From an uncultured Acidobacteriota bacterium (GTDB lineage Bacteria; Acidobacteriota; Vicinamibacteria; Vicinamibacterales; 2-12-FULL-66-21): a stretch of DNA of 64,000 bases. A program made the position numbers and the translations under genes. How positions within the stretch are numbered: position 1 is the stretch's first letter; every line of letters starts with the position of its first letter. The notes under the pieces are model-generated. The model was not told the origin of the DNA, made no database searches, and worked only from the letters and a program-made list of their open reading frames with translations. Below are positions 45,508-55,260 of this stretch, in pieces. The stretch is from NCBI GenBank assembly GCA_963734695.1, contig CAVTIL010000009.1, forward strand, positions 91,102-155,101, in the 5' to 3' direction.

Positions 45508-45572
45508 TCGGGTTCTGCCAGGTTCTGCTGGGTTCTACAAGGTTCTACTGGGTTCGTTCTGGCAGAACCCAA
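45508..45572. repeat. GGTTCTAC-type decamer repeat element with terminal inverted arm
   Basis: tcgggttctgcca ggttctgctg ggttctacaa ggttctactg ggttcgttct ggcagaaccc aa, between convergent stops (45503 and 45577). Confidence 0.8.
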
Positions 45573-45576
45573 GATT

Positions 45577-46638
45577 TTAGCCGAGGAGCTCCGCGACGAG
45601 ACGTCCGGTGAGCGGTGCGAGCAGGATGCCGTTCCGGAAGTGACCCGTCGCATACACGATCGATGGGTGCTCGGCTGAGCGGCGGATGACCGGTAGTCCG
45701 CTCGGAGTCGCCGGCCGCAAGCCCGAACGAGCTTCGAGAAACGTCGCGTCGGCGATTGCGGGTAACACCGCCGTCGCGGCGTTCAGCAGGGCCTGGACGC
45801 CGCCGCCTGTGACGCGATCGTCAAAACCCGCATGTTCCACCGTCGCGCCGACGAGCAGCGTGCCGTCCAGCCAGGGCACGAGATAACAATGCTCGCTCCA
45901 CAGGATTCGCGAGATCGGCAGACCCTCCCATTTGAGCCGCAGCAACTGGCCGCGGACCGGCGTCACTTCCGTTTCCGGCGCCAGTTCTCCTGACCAGCTG
46001 CCGGCAGCAACGACCACGGCCTTTGCGCGATAGATCTGGTCTCCCGCAGTCACAATCGCGGAATCTCCGACACCCGTGATTCGGTCAGCTCGACAGCCGG
46101 ACCGAATCTCGGCGCCATGGCGGCGCGCTGCGCGCTCGAGCGCGCTCGTCAGCTGCTCCGCCCGGACATACCCGTGCGACGGCACGACCAATCCGCCGCA
46201 GCTCGGTGCCAGCGCGGGCTCCAGGCGGCTGACCTCGACAGCCTCCACCCATCGCGCGTCAACGCCCCGCGATCGCGCCCACTCGCCGACGGCCTTCAAT
46301 CGGCCGACCGACTCCGCATCATGCGCGATCTCGAGCGTGCCGCAGCGGCGGTATTCGATCGTAGCTTGCGCCTCCTCGGAGAGGGTCTCGACGAATTCGT
46401 CGTACATCGCGAGGCTTTCGACGGTGAGCGCCTGGAGAGGTCCGTCGGCGGGCGCTTCGATGAATGGCGCCAGCACTCCCGCCGACGCTTGTGTCGCGCC
46501 ACATCCGGCAGCCCGGGCCTCCAGCACCATCGTCGCGAGACCCCGCCGCGCCAGGTCACGCGCGATCGTGCATCCGATGATCCCAGCGCCGACGACAATG
46601 ACGTCCCAATCCTGCGAAGCGAGTGCGGGCCCGGCCAT
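45577..46638 (-). CDS. thiO: FAD-dependent glycine oxidase (ThiO/DAO family)
   Basis: DVIVVGAGIIGCTIARDLARRG, ASAGVLAP, C-terminal ATGHFRNGILLAPLTGRLVAELL. ATG at 46638. Confidence 0.7.
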   Translation of the reverse strand: MAGPALASQDWDVIVVGAGIIGCTIARDLARRGLATMVLEARAAGCGATQASAGVLAPFIEAPADGPLQALTVESLAMYDEFVETLSEEAQATIEYRRCGTLEIAHDAESVGRLKAVGEWARSRGVDARWVEAVEVSRLEPALAPSCGGLVVPSHGYVRAEQLTSALERAARRHGAEIRSGCRADRITGVGDSAIVTAGDQIYRAKAVVVAAGSWSGELAPETEVTPVRGQLLRLKWEGLPISRILWSEHCYLVPWLDGTLLVGATVEHAGFDDRVTGGGVQALLNAATAVLPAIADATFLEARSGLRPATPSGLPVIRRSAEHPSIVYATGHFRNGILLAPLTGRLVAELLG

Positions 46639-46659
46639 CGATCGATGATATCGCCTTAT

Positions 46660-46687
46660 CCGAGGGGCTTCGCCCCTCGGACTCCCC
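46660..46687. repeat. REP-like palindromic element (copy 2)
   Basis: ccgaggggcttcgcccctcggactcccc, followed by ccgtagaacga, which is the reverse complement of the tcgttctac end of the decamer repeat family. Confidence 0.8.
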
Positions 46688-46775
46688 AGCACCGTAGAAC
46701 GAGCGGCAGCCTTATGAGACAGCTTCTAGCCGAGCCCGAGGGCGGGTGGCAGCACGATTGCTGCGTTCCAGAAGA

Positions 46776-47912
46776 ATGCTGACGTACTTCAGAGTGCCGT
46801 TGAGCTGGAAGGAGATCGCCGTTCGAACCGCTAAAGAAATCGTCGCGGACGACCTCCTGAATCTTGCGGCTCAGCAGGCCTACTACTTCTTCTTTGCGCT
46901 TTTTCCAGCGCTACTCACATTCATCTCGATTGCCAGCTTCTTCCCTATTCACGACCTGGTGGGAGAAGTCGTGACGGTGCTGGAGCGGTTCGCGCCGCCG
47001 GAAGCCCTCACCATCATTACCGATCAGATCTCGAAGATTTCGCAGAGCGACCATGGCGGCATCCTGACCGTCGCGTTTCTATTGACCGTCTGGAGCAGCT
47101 CCGGCGCGATGGTTTCAATCATCAGCACGCTCAACACCGCATACGACATCACTGAAGGCCGCGCACTCTGGCGAGTACGGCTGATCGCCGTCTCGCTGAC
47201 ACTCGGACTGGCGCTCTTTATCGTGGTCTCGATCGGGCTGGTGCTGGCTGGCCCGACGCTGGCCGAGCACCTCGCGCGAACGATGCACCTGGGTTCGGCG
47301 TTCAAGTGGACCTGGTGGATTCTGCAATGGCCGATCATTTTTGCACTGGTCGCGACCGCCATCGGGCTCGTCTACTACTTTGCGCCAGACGCGGTGCAGG
47401 ACTGGATCTGGATCACGCCTGGATCGGTCCTCGCGACGCTGCTGTGGGTCATCGCATCGCTCGGCCTCAAGCTGTACCTCTCGTACTTCGGCAACTACAA
47501 CGAGACTTACGGGACGCTGGGTGGCTTCATCGTGTTGCTGACATGGTTCTATCTTTCAGGACTCGCGATCCTCATCGGGGCAGAATTGAACGCCGAGATC
47601 GAGCACGCGTCGCCGTACGGAAAGAATGTCGGCGAAAAAATTCCGGGTGAGCGAAAGAGGATCGGACCAGCGGCAGCGAGAGAGTACGAAAAGCGCCAGG
47701 CTCGCGGCGACCTGGACGCGCCCCCCTTCCCCGACGACGTCAATTGCGACGTGGATGGAAAGACTCTGGAGAAAGGCCGCGAGACGCTCCGCGCGAGCGA
47801 CCTCGTGATCGGCGCGGCCGTGCTCGCCCCGGTGGTTGTAAAGATGGCGAAGGCCATGCGAGAGCGAGTCCCTGCCCGGTCGCGCGACCGGGACGATCTC
47901 GACGCGGCTTGA
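46776..47912 (+). CDS. YihY/BrkB family membrane protein
   Basis: DDLLNLAAQQAYYFFFALFPALLTFISI, TYGTLGGFIVLLTWFYLSGLAILIGAELNAEIE. Charged C-terminal tail. Confidence 0.75.
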   Translation: MLTYFRVPLSWKEIAVRTAKEIVADDLLNLAAQQAYYFFFALFPALLTFISIASFFPIHDLVGEVVTVLERFAPPEALTIITDQISKISQSDHGGILTVAFLLTVWSSSGAMVSIISTLNTAYDITEGRALWRVRLIAVSLTLGLALFIVVSIGLVLAGPTLAEHLARTMHLGSAFKWTWWILQWPIIFALVATAIGLVYYFAPDAVQDWIWITPGSVLATLLWVIASLGLKLYLSYFGNYNETYGTLGGFIVLLTWFYLSGLAILIGAELNAEIEHASPYGKNVGEKIPGERKRIGPAAAREYEKRQARGDLDAPPFPDDVNCDVDGKTLEKGRETLRASDLVIGAAVLAPVVVKMAKAMRERVPARSRDRDDLDAA

Positions 47913-47925
47913 TTGGAGTTCCGGA

Positions 47926-48525
47926 CTACTGCTGCTTTTTTGAGTCGGGCGGTGCCGGCCTGGGTTGTCCCCATGCGTCCGGGCGCAGCTTGCCACCCCA
48001 TCCCCAGTAGACGGGCTCTTGCTGTTTGACGGGCGCCCGATGATCGGTTGCGGGAACCGTCACGGTTTGACCAAACGACAGCTCGACCTGCCGGACCTGA
48101 TCGCCGTCGTGCACGCGCGCAGTGCGAGCGGAGCGCGTGGCAACGGGGATGTACACCGGAACGGCGACTTGCACCTCGCGAATCTCCGGCGGGTCGTGAT
48201 GATCGATGACGACGACCTGCGGCGGCGGCGCGACCGGTGGCACAGCCGCATCAACCGGGATCTGATCCTGAACGGGTTGCACCTCGCGGCCGCTGCGGAC
48301 CATCGCGAGGATGACGCGCTCGCTGACCCCGGCCTCCTTCAGCTGCTTGAGGGATGCGGCGTCAATCGGGAAGACGGATCGATCCACCTCGATCAGCGCG
48401 AGCAGGATCTCTTCCCCGAGGCCCGCCCGGGTCAGCTCGATGACATCACGGAACGTGACGGCATCGGCTCTCGCGGGTAGCAGGCACATCAGCGGGACCA
48501 TGAGGAGCAGTGCGATCCGGCGCAT
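47926..48525 (-). CDS. Secreted protein, unknown function
   Basis: ATG 48525 follows GGGAGA. Signal peptide MRRIALLLMVPLMCLLPARADA. It has two short AG(L/V)(G/S)E..(I/L)LA(L/M)(I/V) repeats and a Pro-rich middle. Confidence 0.55.
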   Translation of the reverse strand: MRRIALLLMVPLMCLLPARADAVTFRDVIELTRAGLGEEILLALIEVDRSVFPIDAASLKQLKEAGVSERVILAMVRSGREVQPVQDQIPVDAAVPPVAPPPQVVVIDHHDPPEIREVQVAVPVYIPVATRSARTARVHDGDQVRQVELSFGQTVTVPATDHRAPVKQQEPVYWGWGGKLRPDAWGQPRPAPPDSKKQQ

Positions 48526-48793
48526 TGGAGTATCTCCCTCTACCTGAAGCATCGCAAAAAGCGTGCGAACTGTGCAACCCCATTGCCGCCCGCGCCATCG
48601 CATGAATGCCGGGATTCGGCGGTGCCCGGGCCGCCCGGGGTCCTGCCAGGAGGACATCGACTGTCCCCCCGGGGTTGCGTGCGATATTGACACGGCCCGA
48701 TTCTTCGAGGTTTTCTACTGAATTCCGACGATCGATGTGCCGATATGCGGGGCACAGCAATTGCTCCTTACGGTCTCGTTCAGGAGTCAGTTC

Positions 48794-49819
48794 ATGAGTT
48801 CCAGGCTTCTTGCGGGTTTGCTGGTAACCGGTTGTATCGTGGCCGCCGCTGGCGGAGGCTATCTGGCAGTCCGACAGAACGTCGTGCAGCCGGTGCCGAT
48901 TGCCGCCTCTCCGGCACCTCCGGCTCCTGCCGCTGCGTCTACCCCGGCCGGCGCAGGATCGCCCGTTTCCGAAACCGAAGCGGTTGTGAGCGGACCGTCG
49001 AAGCCACAGCCCGAAGCTGAGCCGTCTGCGTCTGCGCCCGAGCGGCCGTCAGCCAGCAACCCGGTACGCGAGGCTCCGCGCACGCCCGCGCCCGTAACCC
49101 GGCACGACCCGGCGCCGGCTCCTCCAAAGCCGCGTCAGACCACGCCCGCGGCGTCACCGTCGGCTCCGTCGGTCACCGCTGAAAAGCCGGTGTCCCCGGC
49201 GATTGTTCTCCCGCAGACCGCTGAACGTGCTCAGGAGCCTGCACGCCAGGCCGATCTTCCGCCGGCGCCGAAGGTCCCGCAATTCGAAGAGGTTGTGCTG
49301 CCTGCCTCTTCGGTGCTCGGCCTGGAAGTGGACACGGCGCTCTCGAGCGAGCGCGCGCGTGTCGAAGATCGTGTCGATGCGCGGGTGAGCCGTGACGTGA
49401 TGTCGGAAGGCCACGTGGTGATCCCGGCCGGATCCCGCGTGATTGGGTCGGTCACGGTCGTGGAACGAGGAGGAAAAGTCAAAACGCCGGCTCGTCTCGG
49501 CGTCAGGTTCCACACCCTTGTTCTGGCAGACGGGCGTGAGATCTCCCTGCGCACGGAACCGATCTACCGCGAGGGCGAGGCGCCCGGGCCGGAAAGCGCC
49601 CGCAAGATCGGTGGGGCTGCCGTTGGCGGGGCAATCCTTGGAGCCATCCTTGGCGGCGGCAAGGGAGCCGCCATCGGTGGAGCGGTGGGTGCCGGAGGCG
49701 GGTCCGCGGTGGTGATGGCCGGCGATCGCAATGCGGCCACGCTGGCGCCGGGCGCGGTCGTGAACGTGCACCTGTCGGCCCCAGTCACCATCGAGGTCGA
49801 AAAGCGCGATCAACAGTAA
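48794..49819 (+). CDS. Membrane-anchored Pro/Ala-rich protein with C-terminal beta-rich domain and glycine zipper
   Basis: ATG 48794 follows GGAG. TM segment LLAGLLVTGCIVAAAGGGYL, then a ~150-aa P/A-rich linker, then VVIPAGSRVIGSVTVVERGGK...GAILGAILGGGKGAAIGGAVGAGGG. Confidence 0.55.
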   Translation: MSSRLLAGLLVTGCIVAAAGGGYLAVRQNVVQPVPIAASPAPPAPAAASTPAGAGSPVSETEAVVSGPSKPQPEAEPSASAPERPSASNPVREAPRTPAPVTRHDPAPAPPKPRQTTPAASPSAPSVTAEKPVSPAIVLPQTAERAQEPARQADLPPAPKVPQFEEVVLPASSVLGLEVDTALSSERARVEDRVDARVSRDVMSEGHVVIPAGSRVIGSVTVVERGGKVKTPARLGVRFHTLVLADGREISLRTEPIYREGEAPGPESARKIGGAAVGGAILGAILGGGKGAAIGGAVGAGGGSAVVMAGDRNAATLAPGAVVNVHLSAPVTIEVEKRDQQ

Positions 49820-49855
49820 ACTCGGCGCGTGCCAGCGGCCTCTCCTCCCGGCGAC

Positions 49856-51280
49856 ATGGACCCCGAGGCGTTCCGTCGCGAGGCACACCGTCTCGCGGAT
49901 TGGATCGCCGACTACCTTGCCCACTCCGGCAAGTTCCCGGTGCTTGCGCGCGTCCGCCCGGGTGAGATCCGATCCGCTCTTCCAACGAGCGCACCCGAGC
50001 AAGGCGAACCCTTCGATCGGATCTTTTCAGACTTCGAGCAGATCATCATCCCCGGGATCACCCACTGGAATCATCCAGGCTTTTTCGCGTACTTCGCGAT
50101 CACCGGCAGTGCGCCCGGTGTGCTGGCGGAGTTTCTCTCGGCTGCCCTGAACGTCCAGGCGATGTTGTGGCGGACGTCACCCGCAGCGACCGAGCTCGAG
50201 GAGGTCACGCTCACGTGGCTTCGCAAGTTGCTCGGGTTGCCCTCTTCGTTCGACGGCGTGATCTACGACACGGCGTCGATCTCGACCCTGCACGCGCTTG
50301 CAGCCGCGCGTGAACGGGCCGTCCCCTCAGTCGGAGCGCTCGGCCTCGCCGGACGGGACGATGTCCCGCGCCTGCGCGTGTACTGTTCCGACCAGACGCA
50401 CTCCTCGATCGACAAGGCGGTGATGCTGCTCGGCCTCGGTCAGCAATCCGTGCGCAAGATTCCAAGCGACCGAGAGTTCCGCATGCGGCCGGATGCCCTG
50501 GCGCGCGCGGTGGCGGGGGATCGATCCGACGGGTGGCGGCCGCTGGCCGTGGTCGCCACGGTTGGGACGACCTCCTCAACGAGCGTCGATCCCGTTCCCG
50601 AGATTGCGGAGCTGTGTCAGCGTGAATCGATCTGGCTCCACGTAGATGCCGCCTACGCCGGCGTTGCCGCGATGGTTCCCGGACACGAGTGGATTCTGAA
50701 GGGCGCCGAGTTGTCAGATTCGGTTGTCGTGAATCCACACAAGTGGCTCTTCACGCCATTCGATTTGTCGGTGCTGTACTGCCGGCATATGGACCTCATT
50801 CGCGCGGCCTTCGCGCTGACCCCGGAGTACCTGAAGAGCGTCGAAGCTGCGCCCGTGCGCAATCTGATGGACACGGGCATCCAGCTTGGCCGGCGCTTCC
50901 GGGCGCTCAAGTTGTGGATGGTGATGCGCCATTTTGGCGCTGAGGGTCTGCGGGCGCGGCTCGCCGAACACATGCGGCTGGCCCGCCTGTTCGCATCATG
51001 GGTCGAGGCAAGCCCCGATTTCGAATGCCTCGCGCCGGTGCCATTCAGCGTCGTGTGTTTCCGCGCGCGCCCCCGCGTGAATGAAGACGCTGATGCACTG
51101 AACGAGCGTATCCTCGAGTCGGTGAACGCGACGGGCGAGATGTTCATCTCGCATACGCGGCTCGACGGACGCTATGCGCTCCGCCTGGCCATCGGCAACC
51201 TGCACACGGCGGAATCTCACGTCACGCGCGCCTGGGATCTCCTTCAAGCCCACGCCGACGGCGTGCGTTCCACCAACTGA
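49856..51280 (+). CDS. Pyridoxal-dependent aromatic-L-amino-acid decarboxylase (group II)
   Basis: MDPEAFRREAHRLADWIADYL, ITHWNHPGFFAYF, VNPHKWLFTPFDLS (PLP-lysine motif). Intact. The ORF track start at 49829 is a GTG upstream. Confidence 0.8.
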   Translation: MDPEAFRREAHRLADWIADYLAHSGKFPVLARVRPGEIRSALPTSAPEQGEPFDRIFSDFEQIIIPGITHWNHPGFFAYFAITGSAPGVLAEFLSAALNVQAMLWRTSPAATELEEVTLTWLRKLLGLPSSFDGVIYDTASISTLHALAAARERAVPSVGALGLAGRDDVPRLRVYCSDQTHSSIDKAVMLLGLGQQSVRKIPSDREFRMRPDALARAVAGDRSDGWRPLAVVATVGTTSSTSVDPVPEIAELCQRESIWLHVDAAYAGVAAMVPGHEWILKGAELSDSVVVNPHKWLFTPFDLSVLYCRHMDLIRAAFALTPEYLKSVEAAPVRNLMDTGIQLGRRFRALKLWMVMRHFGAEGLRARLAEHMRLARLFASWVEASPDFECLAPVPFSVVCFRARPRVNEDADALNERILESVNATGEMFISHTRLDGRYALRLAIGNLHTAESHVTRAWDLLQAHADGVRSTN

Positions 51281-51437
51281 TCCGCTCACAGCCCCGCACA
51301 CTGAAGCCCTGCCTTACACGCGGCGGCGCGGTACTTCCCTTGCACGGCCACAGCTGAAGAGGTCGACGCGGGCCAAGTGATCGCTCGCGAACGGCCCAAA
51401 GTGCGCGGACAAGATGGTCCGCAGAACAGGGAGAGAC

Positions 51438-52054
51438 ATGTCATTGCGCAAGGTCATCATTGCGACAGCGATCATGATTACCGTGTCGGCCGCGGCGCCG
51501 AGGACTGCGTCGGCTGACTGGCTGCTGACGCCGTTCATTGGCACCACATTCGGCGGCAACGCGAGCATCGCCAACACGCTGGACATCCTTCAACGATGAT
51601 TTCGAGGCTAACCTGAACTATGGTGCGTCGCTGGCCTGTATGGGCGGAGGGATTTTCGGTGTGGAATTCGATCTCGGGTACTCACCGAACTTTTTCGGCG
51701 TGTCGAACCCCAACGCGACGATTAACCTGATTGGCGATGGCAACGTGACGACCGCCATGGGCAATCTCATCCTGGGCGCGCCGCTCGGACCCGTGCGGCC
51801 GTACGCTGTCCGGCGGTCTCGGGCTCATTGCCACCAGGGTGGACAGCGCGACACAGTTCTTCAACAACATCTCATCGGATGAACTGGGGATGAACGCGGG
51901 CGGCGGGATCATGTTCCTCGGCGAACATGCCGGCGTCCGAGGAGACTTCCGGTACTTCCGATCGGTCACCGATACTCAGGGCAGCGGGATCGATCTGTCG
52001 TTCGCAGACTTCCACTTCTGGCGGGCGACGGCGGGCGTGACCTTCAGGTTCTGA
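51438..52054 (+). pseudogene. Outer-membrane beta-barrel protein (OmpA-like/porin family barrel), two frameshifts
   Basis: Signal peptide MSLRKVIIATAIMITVSAAAPRTASA. Beta-strand pattern with a terminal aromatic residue (ATAGVTFRF). Spread over ORFs 51414-, 51538-, 51839-. Confidence 0.65.
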
Positions 52055-53444
52055 CCCCGTTTGCCGACAACCACCTCTGCAACTCGGCAAGCGCTGCTTG
52101 AACCGAATCGGGATGTGTCGACTGGGGTGTGCGTTTTCTCGCGACGGAGGCGGCAGGCGTGATGGCCTGCCGCACATCCGTGTCGAAGAGCGGCGAGTGG
52201 GATCGCCATTCCTCGATCGTCAGGTGTTCGAAAGAGCGGCGTTCCTGGACGAGACGGCGCACGAGCGCTCCGACGATCTCGTGTGCCTGGCGAAATGCGA
52301 CGCCCTTCGCGACCAGGTAGTCGGCAACGTCGGTCGCCAGAAGGAGCCCTGCAGCCGCGGCCTGTGCCGTGGCCACGTTGATCGACAGGCCCTCGATCAC
52401 CGCCGCGGCCGCATCGAGCGACGCACGGACGGTATCTTCGACCTCGAACAGACCTTCCTTGTCTTCCTGCAAATCCTTGCTGTACCCGATGGGCAGGCCC
52501 TTGAGCGTCGCCAGCCATCCAGCCAGCCGTCCGATCACGCGCCCGGCCTTCCCGCGCACGAGCTCCAGAGGATCGGGATTCTTCTTCTGCGGCATCAGGC
52601 TGCTGCCGGTTGCCGCCGTGTCAGCGAGGTCGAAAAAGGCGAATTCCTCCGACGTGAAGAGAATTACGTCCTCAGCAAGGCGGCTCAGGTGAACCATCGT
52701 GAGGGCGCCGGCGTGGAGAAACGATGAGACGAAATCACGATCGCCGGTGGCGTCGATGCTGTTTGCGACGACGCGGCTGAAACCGAGACGGGCGGCGAGC
52801 ATCTTCACGTCCACGTCGTAGCTCGTACCCGCGATCGCTCCCGATCCAAGCGGGAGCTCGTCGATTTCCGTCAGGACGGTGGCAAAGCGGGCATGATCCC
52901 GGCGAAACGCCGCGGCGTGCGCAAGAAAGAAATGCGCCACCATGACGGGCTGCGCGCGACGCATGTGCGTGTAAGAGGGCATCAGCGCGTGACCGCTCGC
53001 CTCCGCCTGCCGGCTCAGCACCCGGACAAACCCGGCGATGGCCTGCTGGATTTGCGGCACGCGCCGCTTCAGGTAGAGCCGGAGGTCCAGTGACACCTGC
53101 TCGTTGCGAGATCGGCCCGTATGCAGGCGGCGGCCGGCGTCGCCGACGCGCGCGACGAGCTCGCGCTCGACGAAGGAGTGAATATCCTCGTCGTGCTGCG
53201 CCGCGTCAGACGTGAAGAAGGCGGGATTGTCGACGCCCGCAGCCCGAATGTCCTCGAGGGCGGCCTTGATGGACGCGGCGTCCGCCGGCGACAGCACCTC
53301 TGCTTTCAGCAGCGCCTCACACCATGCCACGCTTCCCGTCACATCGTCATCAAAGAGACGGCGATCGAACTTGAATGAGGCGCCGAAGTCGACCAGCGCC
53401 GCATCCGGACTCCCGGCGAAACGGCCCGACCACAGGTGTGCCAT
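52044..53444 (-). CDS. argH: Argininosuccinate lyase
   Basis: MAHLWSGRF..., HTGRSRNEQV, GSSLMPQKKNPD signature. 466 aa, intact. Confidence 0.9.
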   Translation of the reverse strand: MAHLWSGRFAGSPDAALVDFGASFKFDRRLFDDDVTGSVAWCEALLKAEVLSPADAASIKAALEDIRAAGVDNPAFFTSDAAQHDEDIHSFVERELVARVGDAGRRLHTGRSRNEQVSLDLRLYLKRRVPQIQQAIAGFVRVLSRQAEASGHALMPSYTHMRRAQPVMVAHFFLAHAAAFRRDHARFATVLTEIDELPLGSGAIAGTSYDVDVKMLAARLGFSRVVANSIDATGDRDFVSSFLHAGALTMVHLSRLAEDVILFTSEEFAFFDLADTAATGSSLMPQKKNPDPLELVRGKAGRVIGRLAGWLATLKGLPIGYSKDLQEDKEGLFEVEDTVRASLDAAAAVIEGLSINVATAQAAAAGLLLATDVADYLVAKGVAFRQAHEIVGALVRRLVQERRSFEHLTIEEWRSHSPLFDTDVRQAITPAASVARKRTPQSTHPDSVQAALAELQRWLSANGVRT

Positions 53445-53447
53445 CTG

Positions 53448-54659
53448 TCAGCGACCCACCGTCGTCGGACGAGTCGACTGCTTCCGTGCGGCCGTCTCGG
53501 TCGGCAGCCCCCAGATCTTGATGAATCCGGCCGCGGCGGCGTGATCGAATCGATCGCCGGCGTCATAGGTGGAAAGCTCGCGGTCGTACAGCGAGTGCTC
53601 CGATCGGCGACCGACAACCCGGCAGTCGCCCTTGAACAGCTTCAGCCGCACGGTGCCGCTGACGCGAGGCTGAATCGCCCCGACGAACGCATCGATCGCT
53701 TCGCGCGTCGGCGAAAACCACAGGCCGTTGTAGACCGTATCGGCATACACGCGCCCCATGTCCTGCTTGATGCGTTCCAGATCGCGCGAGATCACGAGCT
53801 TCTCGAGCTCGCGGTGAGCCGCGTGCAGCACCACCGCGGCGGGTGCCTCGTAGACCTCGCGCGACTTGATCCCCATCAACCTGTTTTCAATCATGTCGAT
53901 GCGTCCAACTCCGTGCGCGCCGGCGATCGTTTCGAGCGACTCGATGAGCTCCACGAGCGCCATGTCGATTCCGTTCGCGCGCACAGGGACGCCGCGATCG
54001 AAATCGATCTCGATATACGCCGGCTCGTCTGGACACTGATGCGGGGGGCGCGTCAGGGCATAGATATCGGCCGGCGGTTCTTCCCAGGCGTCCTCGAGGA
54101 CTCCACACTCGATCGATCGGCCCCAGAGATTGGAATCGACGCTGTAAGGGCTCGCAATCGTCACGGGAACGGGAATGTTGCGGACCCGCGCATACTCGAT
54201 CTCGTCGGATCGACTCATGCTCCATTCACGCGCCGGAGCAATCAGCTCGAGCGACGGATCGAGCGCACGCACGGAGATGTCCAGGCCGACCTGGTCGTTG
54301 TCCTTCGCGGTGCATCCGTGCGCCACAGCCGATGCGCCTTCCATTCGCGCGATGGCGACGAGGTGTTTCGCGATGAGCGGGCGCGCCAGAGCGGAGGCCA
54401 GCGGATACCCGTCCTCGTAGATGGCACGCGCCTGGAGCGCGCGGAGCACGTAGTCTCGCGCGAATTCCTCGCGGGCGTCGATCACGTGCGCGCGGACTGC
54501 GCCGAGCGCCAGCGCGCGCTCGCGCACGTTCGTCAGCTCCTGTCCCTGCCCGAGGTCGAGCGTGACGGCAATGATCTCCGCATCGTGTTTCTCGGCGAGC
54601 CAGCGGATCGCGACCGAGGTGTCGAGCCCGCCGGAGTACGCCAGGACAATTCGTTTCAT
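53448..54659 (-). CDS. argG: Argininosuccinate synthase
   Basis: MKRIVLAYSGGLDTSV, AHGCTAKDNDQV, and RIDMIENRLMGIKSRE, the region corresponding to the canonical GxKSRE motif. Confidence 0.9.
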   Translation of the reverse strand: MKRIVLAYSGGLDTSVAIRWLAEKHDAEIIAVTLDLGQGQELTNVRERALALGAVRAHVIDAREEFARDYVLRALQARAIYEDGYPLASALARPLIAKHLVAIARMEGASAVAHGCTAKDNDQVGLDISVRALDPSLELIAPAREWSMSRSDEIEYARVRNIPVPVTIASPYSVDSNLWGRSIECGVLEDAWEEPPADIYALTRPPHQCPDEPAYIEIDFDRGVPVRANGIDMALVELIESLETIAGAHGVGRIDMIENRLMGIKSREVYEAPAAVVLHAAHRELEKLVISRDLERIKQDMGRVYADTVYNGLWFSPTREAIDAFVGAIQPRVSGTVRLKLFKGDCRVVGRRSEHSLYDRELSTYDAGDRFDHAAAAGFIKIWGLPTETAARKQSTRPTTVGR

Positions 54660-54686
54660 CTCACACACCTTCTTGATGTCCTGGGT

Positions 54687-55139
54687 TCAGGACGTCCGCC
54701 AGCCTTCCAATCGCTTCGAAAGCCCCGCGGCATCCGGTGCGCTTCGACAGATGACGAGGATCGTGTCATCTCCAGCGATCGTGCCGACGATCTCCGACAG
54801 GCCCGCGCGGTCAATCGCCACGGCCAGAGGCTGTGCCTGGCCGGTGTCGGTCTTCAGCACCACGAGCTGTTCGACGACGTCCAGATGACGGAGGTAGTCA
54901 TCGACGGCCGTTCGGCATTCCGCTTCAAGGTTCCCTGCGGGTCTGACGTCCGCGCTCGCCCGCCGATAGGCCCCGTCCACCGCCCGCTTGATGAGTCCGA
55001 GATCGCGGATATCCCTCGAGAGAGTCGCCTGCGTGGCCTCGATTCCGCGCGTTCTCAGGCGCTCCCGAAGCTGCTCCTGGCTCGTAATCGGCTCGCGATC
55101 GACGAGGTCAAGAATGGCGGACTGTCGATAGGACTTCAT
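54687..55139 (-). CDS. argR: Arginine repressor
   Basis: MKSYRQSAILDLVDREPITSQEQLRERLRTRGIEATQATLSRDIRDLGL winged-helix. C-terminal GTIAGDDTILVI oligomerisation/arginine-binding motif. Confidence 0.85.
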   Translation of the reverse strand: MKSYRQSAILDLVDREPITSQEQLRERLRTRGIEATQATLSRDIRDLGLIKRAVDGAYRRASADVRPAGNLEAECRTAVDDYLRHLDVVEQLVVLKTDTGQAQPLAVAIDRAGLSEIVGTIAGDDTILVICRSAPDAAGLSKRLEGWRTS

Positions 55140-55260
55140 AATTATGCACAACCGAACGGTTTATTATACAAGCTATGCATTGAATTGCAAGACGAACCCG
55201 AACCAGGGCACACATTTCACTTGACGAGACGTGCATAATTCCGTATATCTGAAGATTCCG
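55140..55260. promoter_or_regulatory. Divergent arg promoter/operator region with ARG-box-like sites and a sigma-70-like promoter for argC
   Basis: AT-rich island. TATGCA-type half sites at 55143, 55174 (tatgcattgaattgca, palindromic) and 55231 (gtgcataattccgtata). TTGACG (55221) - 17 nt - TATATC (55244) sits only about 12 nt before ATG 55261. Confidence 0.4.

Noticed and set aside
53436-55238. 600-aa plus-strand ORF antisense to argG and argR
   Set aside because: The opposite strand encodes textbook ArgG and ArgR with all signature motifs. The plus-strand translation is Arg/Asp-rich with no recognisable motif, as is typical of antisense ORFs in high-GC DNA.
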